A DNA stretch of 64,000 nucleotides from the IMG/VR virus record IMGVR_UViG_3300045988_181613; one strand, written 5' to 3'. Of the stretch, positions 61,115-64,000 are shown in pieces (within the stretch, counting starts at the first letter, position 1; every line of letters begins with the position of its first letter). This DNA is from a virus. Under the pieces are notes generated by a model, which worked only from the letters and a program-made list of their open reading frames with translations, was not told the DNA's origin and did no database searches. Position numbers and translations under genes: made by a program.

Positions 61115-61698
61115 TTGATTTTCGGATTTATAAAGTAAATTTTGTCAGGATGAACTGTACCTATTTCATCAATGAAATGAGTTAAATTTGCATTCCAATC
61201 TTTTCTCACTCCAGAAGAAAAACTTAATGAAATCGCCTTTGGTAACCAATGATATATGTCACTACAAAAAGCTTCTGCATATCCTGTTGCAGTTTCATGT
61301 ACACGAACGGATTCTAAACGGATACCATTTTCTCCATTTAAAAAATCTGTGGCTTTTAAAATCCCTTCGATAAAATAATAGAACATTGCGGCAAAATTTT
61401 CAGCCGAAGGATTTATCGACATTTCAATCCAACGTTCATTATTTTCTTTAAAAAATGACTTAACATCCTCTGATTCCTGTGAACTGATAACATGTGTATG
61501 ATCAAAGGAATCAATAAACATCTTTACATTTTTTAAAAGATGAAAATCACAAACCATTCCTGCATTATCCGGACCATCCGAACTTAGAAAAACTTCTACC
61601 ACATAAGAATGTCCGTGAAACGATTTTTTACAACGATCCGCTGTACAGTCTAAAACTCTGTGCGAACCTTCGAATTTAAACAACTTTCTAATAATCAT
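61111..61698 (-). CDS. queD: 6-carboxy-5,6,7,8-tetrahydropterin synthase
   Basis: FKFEGSHRV...CKKSFHGHSYVVEV (CxxxHGH motif); box 61721..61728 is 23 nt upstream. Confidence 0.8.
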   Translation of the reverse strand: MIIRKLFKFEGSHRVLDCTADRCKKSFHGHSYVVEVFLSSDGPDNAGMVCDFHLLKNVKMFIDSFDHTHVISSQESEDVKSFFKENNERWIEMSINPSAENFAAMFYYFIEGILKATDFLNGENGIRLESVRVHETATGYAEAFCSDIYHWLPKAISLSFSSGVRKDWNANLTHFIDEIGTVHPDKIYFINPKIK

Positions 61699-61720
61699 AA
61701 TCTTGTTCTTTTTAATATGA

Positions 61721-61728
61721 TAAAGATA
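61721..61728 (-). promoter_or_regulatory. TATCTTTA promoter box
   Basis: 23 nt upstream of queD ATG 61698. Confidence 0.55.
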
Positions 61729-61734
61729 CGATTA

Positions 61735-62223
61735 TTATTTTAATTTAGCTCTCAAAAGGGTCTTCAATCCTTTGATTTTTATGTCTGTATATGGTAACAA
61801 GACAAAATCACCATTTACAAGGATTTGTACATATTGAGAGTTAGGATCGTTACCGTCAATTTTATATGTTTTATTTTTATAAATAACTTCTGTTCCTGGT
61901 TTTAAAAGATAAAACATATCCCAATAAGCTACTGCTTTCTTTTTATCTGTATTCAATCCATATTGGAATTTAGGTAAGCCAAATTCCTGAAAAAAATTCT
62001 TTTCACAAAATCCTGTAAATTGTTCTTCTGAATCGAAAATACAAAGCAGTTGAAATTTCTTAGCAATTTCCAAGATTTTTACCTTCTTTTTACTTGCAAT
62101 TTCACGGCTCATTTTTATAAACTCAGGTTTTACATATATAGCCTCTCTTAATTTATGGCTTAAATACTCAAGTTGTAATACCTTTAAATATTCTATAGCT
62201 GATATTTGTCTACTTCCATTCAT
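61735..62223 (-). CDS. Hypothetical protein
   Basis: 162-aa ORF. Confidence 0.55.
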   Translation of the reverse strand: MNGSRQISAIEYLKVLQLEYLSHKLREAIYVKPEFIKMSREIASKKKVKILEIAKKFQLLCIFDSEEQFTGFCEKNFFQEFGLPKFQYGLNTDKKKAVAYWDMFYLLKPGTEVIYKNKTYKIDGNDPNSQYVQILVNGDFVLLPYTDIKIKGLKTLLRAKLK

Positions 62224-62271
62224 GATATATAACCTTTTAAGCCTAAAATAACGAATAATTTAGCAGATAAC

Positions 62272-63280
62272 CTACCATCTTTTATCTAATTTATCAACGT
62301 AAAAATTAATAGGATCTGTTAAATCAGAAAGAGCTTCTAATAATTCTTCTTCAGTCGCGTCTCCTGGATCTTTTTTTACATCTTTTAATAAAGCTATCCA
62401 GGTATTAAAAGTCTTTTGAAGTATGAGGGCGTTGCTTTTAATCTCAGATAATTTATCTGGATCATACATTAAAATAACTGTTTTTATTCCTTTCTTTTTT
62501 AGAAGGTTTACTTGATCTTTACTGACACTATTTCCGAAAGTAAAAACACACCGAATTTGTTCATCTTCTCTCAGTCTTAGTTTATTATCTACACCAATAT
62601 AATCAAATAATCCTTCCACCATAATTACAATTTCAGTTTTATCTGTTATATTATCATAACCTCCTAATATTTTCGTAAAATTGGTTTCACTATTTTCATA
62701 ACGTAAAATTGGTTTGATACCCTTTTTCTTTGATTCCTTTAAATTTTTTTCATGCCATTCTTTTGTCTTTCTTGATCTCGCTAACCAGGCAATTACCCTA
62801 CCATCCATTTTTAATTTAAAAATAATATAATCCCATAATTTTTTCTCAAGAAAAAAATTAGTAATAGATGGTTCAAATTCTTTATAATGTATTTCCCGAA
62901 ATCCTCTTCCATCTAAATAAGGATCATTGATTAATAATTCCAATCTTTTCGGTAAAGCGACTTCCTTTATTTCTTCTTCCTTTATTTCTTCTTCCTCATC
63001 TACCAGACTAACTAAACTCGACTTTATTGAATTTTCATAATGCGCCTTAATTAAATCGAGCCTGTTTATTTCTTTTAAATAATTATAAGCATTAGTTTTT
63101 GTCCCACACTTCCAACAATGAAAAACAAAAGAAGTTTCACTGTCATTAAAATGTATTCCCCATTTATTTTTTTTTTTGACAGAACGGACAACTTTCATTT
63201 CTGTTCTGTAGCCAGTTTTGCGCACCAAAAGGTCTGAGATTTAATTCTTGTAGAATTTCATTCTTATCTATTCTTATCAT
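62272..63280 (-). CDS. DNA primase (Zn-ribbon + TOPRIM), frame broken at an A11 run
   Basis: ATG 63280: MIRIDKNEILQELNLRPFGAQNWLQNRNESCPFCQKKK, stop. The next frame continues NKWGIHFNDSETSFVFHCWKCGTKT (completing a CxxC...CxxC ribbon) into track ORF 62272..63228. TOPRIM VIMVEGLFDYI and MYDPD. A-run 63167..63177. Confidence 0.7.
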
Positions 63281-64000
63281 TTTTAATATCCTCCAAAATT
63301 TCTATATAATTATCAGGAATCCTATCTCTTTTACTACTATTTTTGTCTTTCCATAGAGGCTGTAAATTTCTAAAATTAAAACAGATATACTGCTGTTCTG
63401 GATCAGAAAAATCAAAATAAGAACAAGGGATTATATGATCAATTTCCCAACCATTTTTACCATAATTATTCCAAGTCATACCTTCTTGAAACTGTAATTC
63501 GATATGCTGTTTTAACTCTAAAGGAGTGCAACCTATTAATGATATAAAATGATCTGATTTTAATTCTTTTATATCACGAAAGCGTCTTCTTAAATTTTCT
63601 TTTATTTTAAAAAGAGGATTTTTTCTTCTTTTATCTCTTAAATAACTTGCAATTTTTCCTCTTTCTATTCTATTCCTATAACATTTCAAAGAAATCTCTT
63701 TCCCTCTTTCTGTTTGCTGGTAATTTTTACAATAAATAAGCCTTTCTTCTTTATGATTATCATAATAAATCTTTTGATATGCTCTACGTTGGATTTTATT
63801 GTTTTGATAATATTTTTGAGAAAAATTTTTAGACTTTTCTTTTCCCACTCCTGTTCTTTTATATTCTTTGTCATATAAAGCGATACAATTTTTGCACTGA
63901 TAAGTATAGCCATCAGAACTTTTCTTATTTTTTCTAAAATAATTTAGAGGTAGCTCTCTTTTGCAGTGAGAGCATACCTTCAATCCAGTTTCAAAATTTG
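63264..64000 (-). mobile_element. Zn-ribbon + HNH homing-endonuclease-like gene (family member 6), 5' end beyond window
   Basis: KVCSHCKRELPLNYF...YQCKNC; LIGC...QFQEGMTW...WEIDHIIPC...NLQPLWKDKN. The last 55 nt of the window are identical to 58405..58459, so the true start (MKANFETGL...) lies past 64000. Confidence 0.8.

Noticed and set aside
1-64000. Temperate lifestyle, prophage or defence island
   Set aside because: No integrase, repressor/Cro pair, attachment-site-like repeats or recognisable defence genes were seen. The content is replication, nucleotide metabolism, lysis and virion genes typical of a virulent phage.

Overview
AT-rich dsDNA phage segment (by eye about two-thirds A+T; not computed). 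It carries about 90 genes, and all but one are on the minus strand. Start codons lack Shine-Dalgarno sequences. More than 25 start codons are preceded, 15-55 nt upstream, by a TATCTTTA box, a variant of the Bacteroidota -7 promoter element TAnnTTTG. The box often follows the intrinsic terminator of the previous unit. I infer a virulent phage of a Bacteroidota (Flavobacteriia-like) host; no integrase, tRNA, rRNA or CRISPR array was seen. Gene order on the minus strand, from 64000 downward: primase; a 7-deazaguanine DNA-modification cluster (queD, queE, folE, mazG, dpdA-like, P-loop NTPase, queC); dnaE; SSB-like; Mre11/RecA/Rad50; RuvC-like; NAD ligase; ThyX-like; SNF2 helicase; RNase HI; UvrD-like helicase; B12-type ribonucleotide reductase; endolysin; a block of small early-type genes with an ECF-like sigma factor; a 1.5-kb gene-free, repeat-rich region (11733-13222); then membrane, holin, portal and head-morphogenesis genes. 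The outstanding feature is the load of self-splicing and homing elements. There are four inteins: in the head protein, in UvrD, in SNF2 (with the full class 3 W-C-T signature), and in DnaE (with a GIY-YIG module, apparently split). dnaE also carries a probable group I intron. In addition there is a seven-member family of Zn-ribbon + HNH genes and two NUMOD4/HNH_3 modules, one of them in frame inside a ThyX-like gene with degenerate catalytic motifs. Several otherwise intact genes change frame at A-runs. All calls rest on reading and translating the sequence and on motif recognition; no database search was run.
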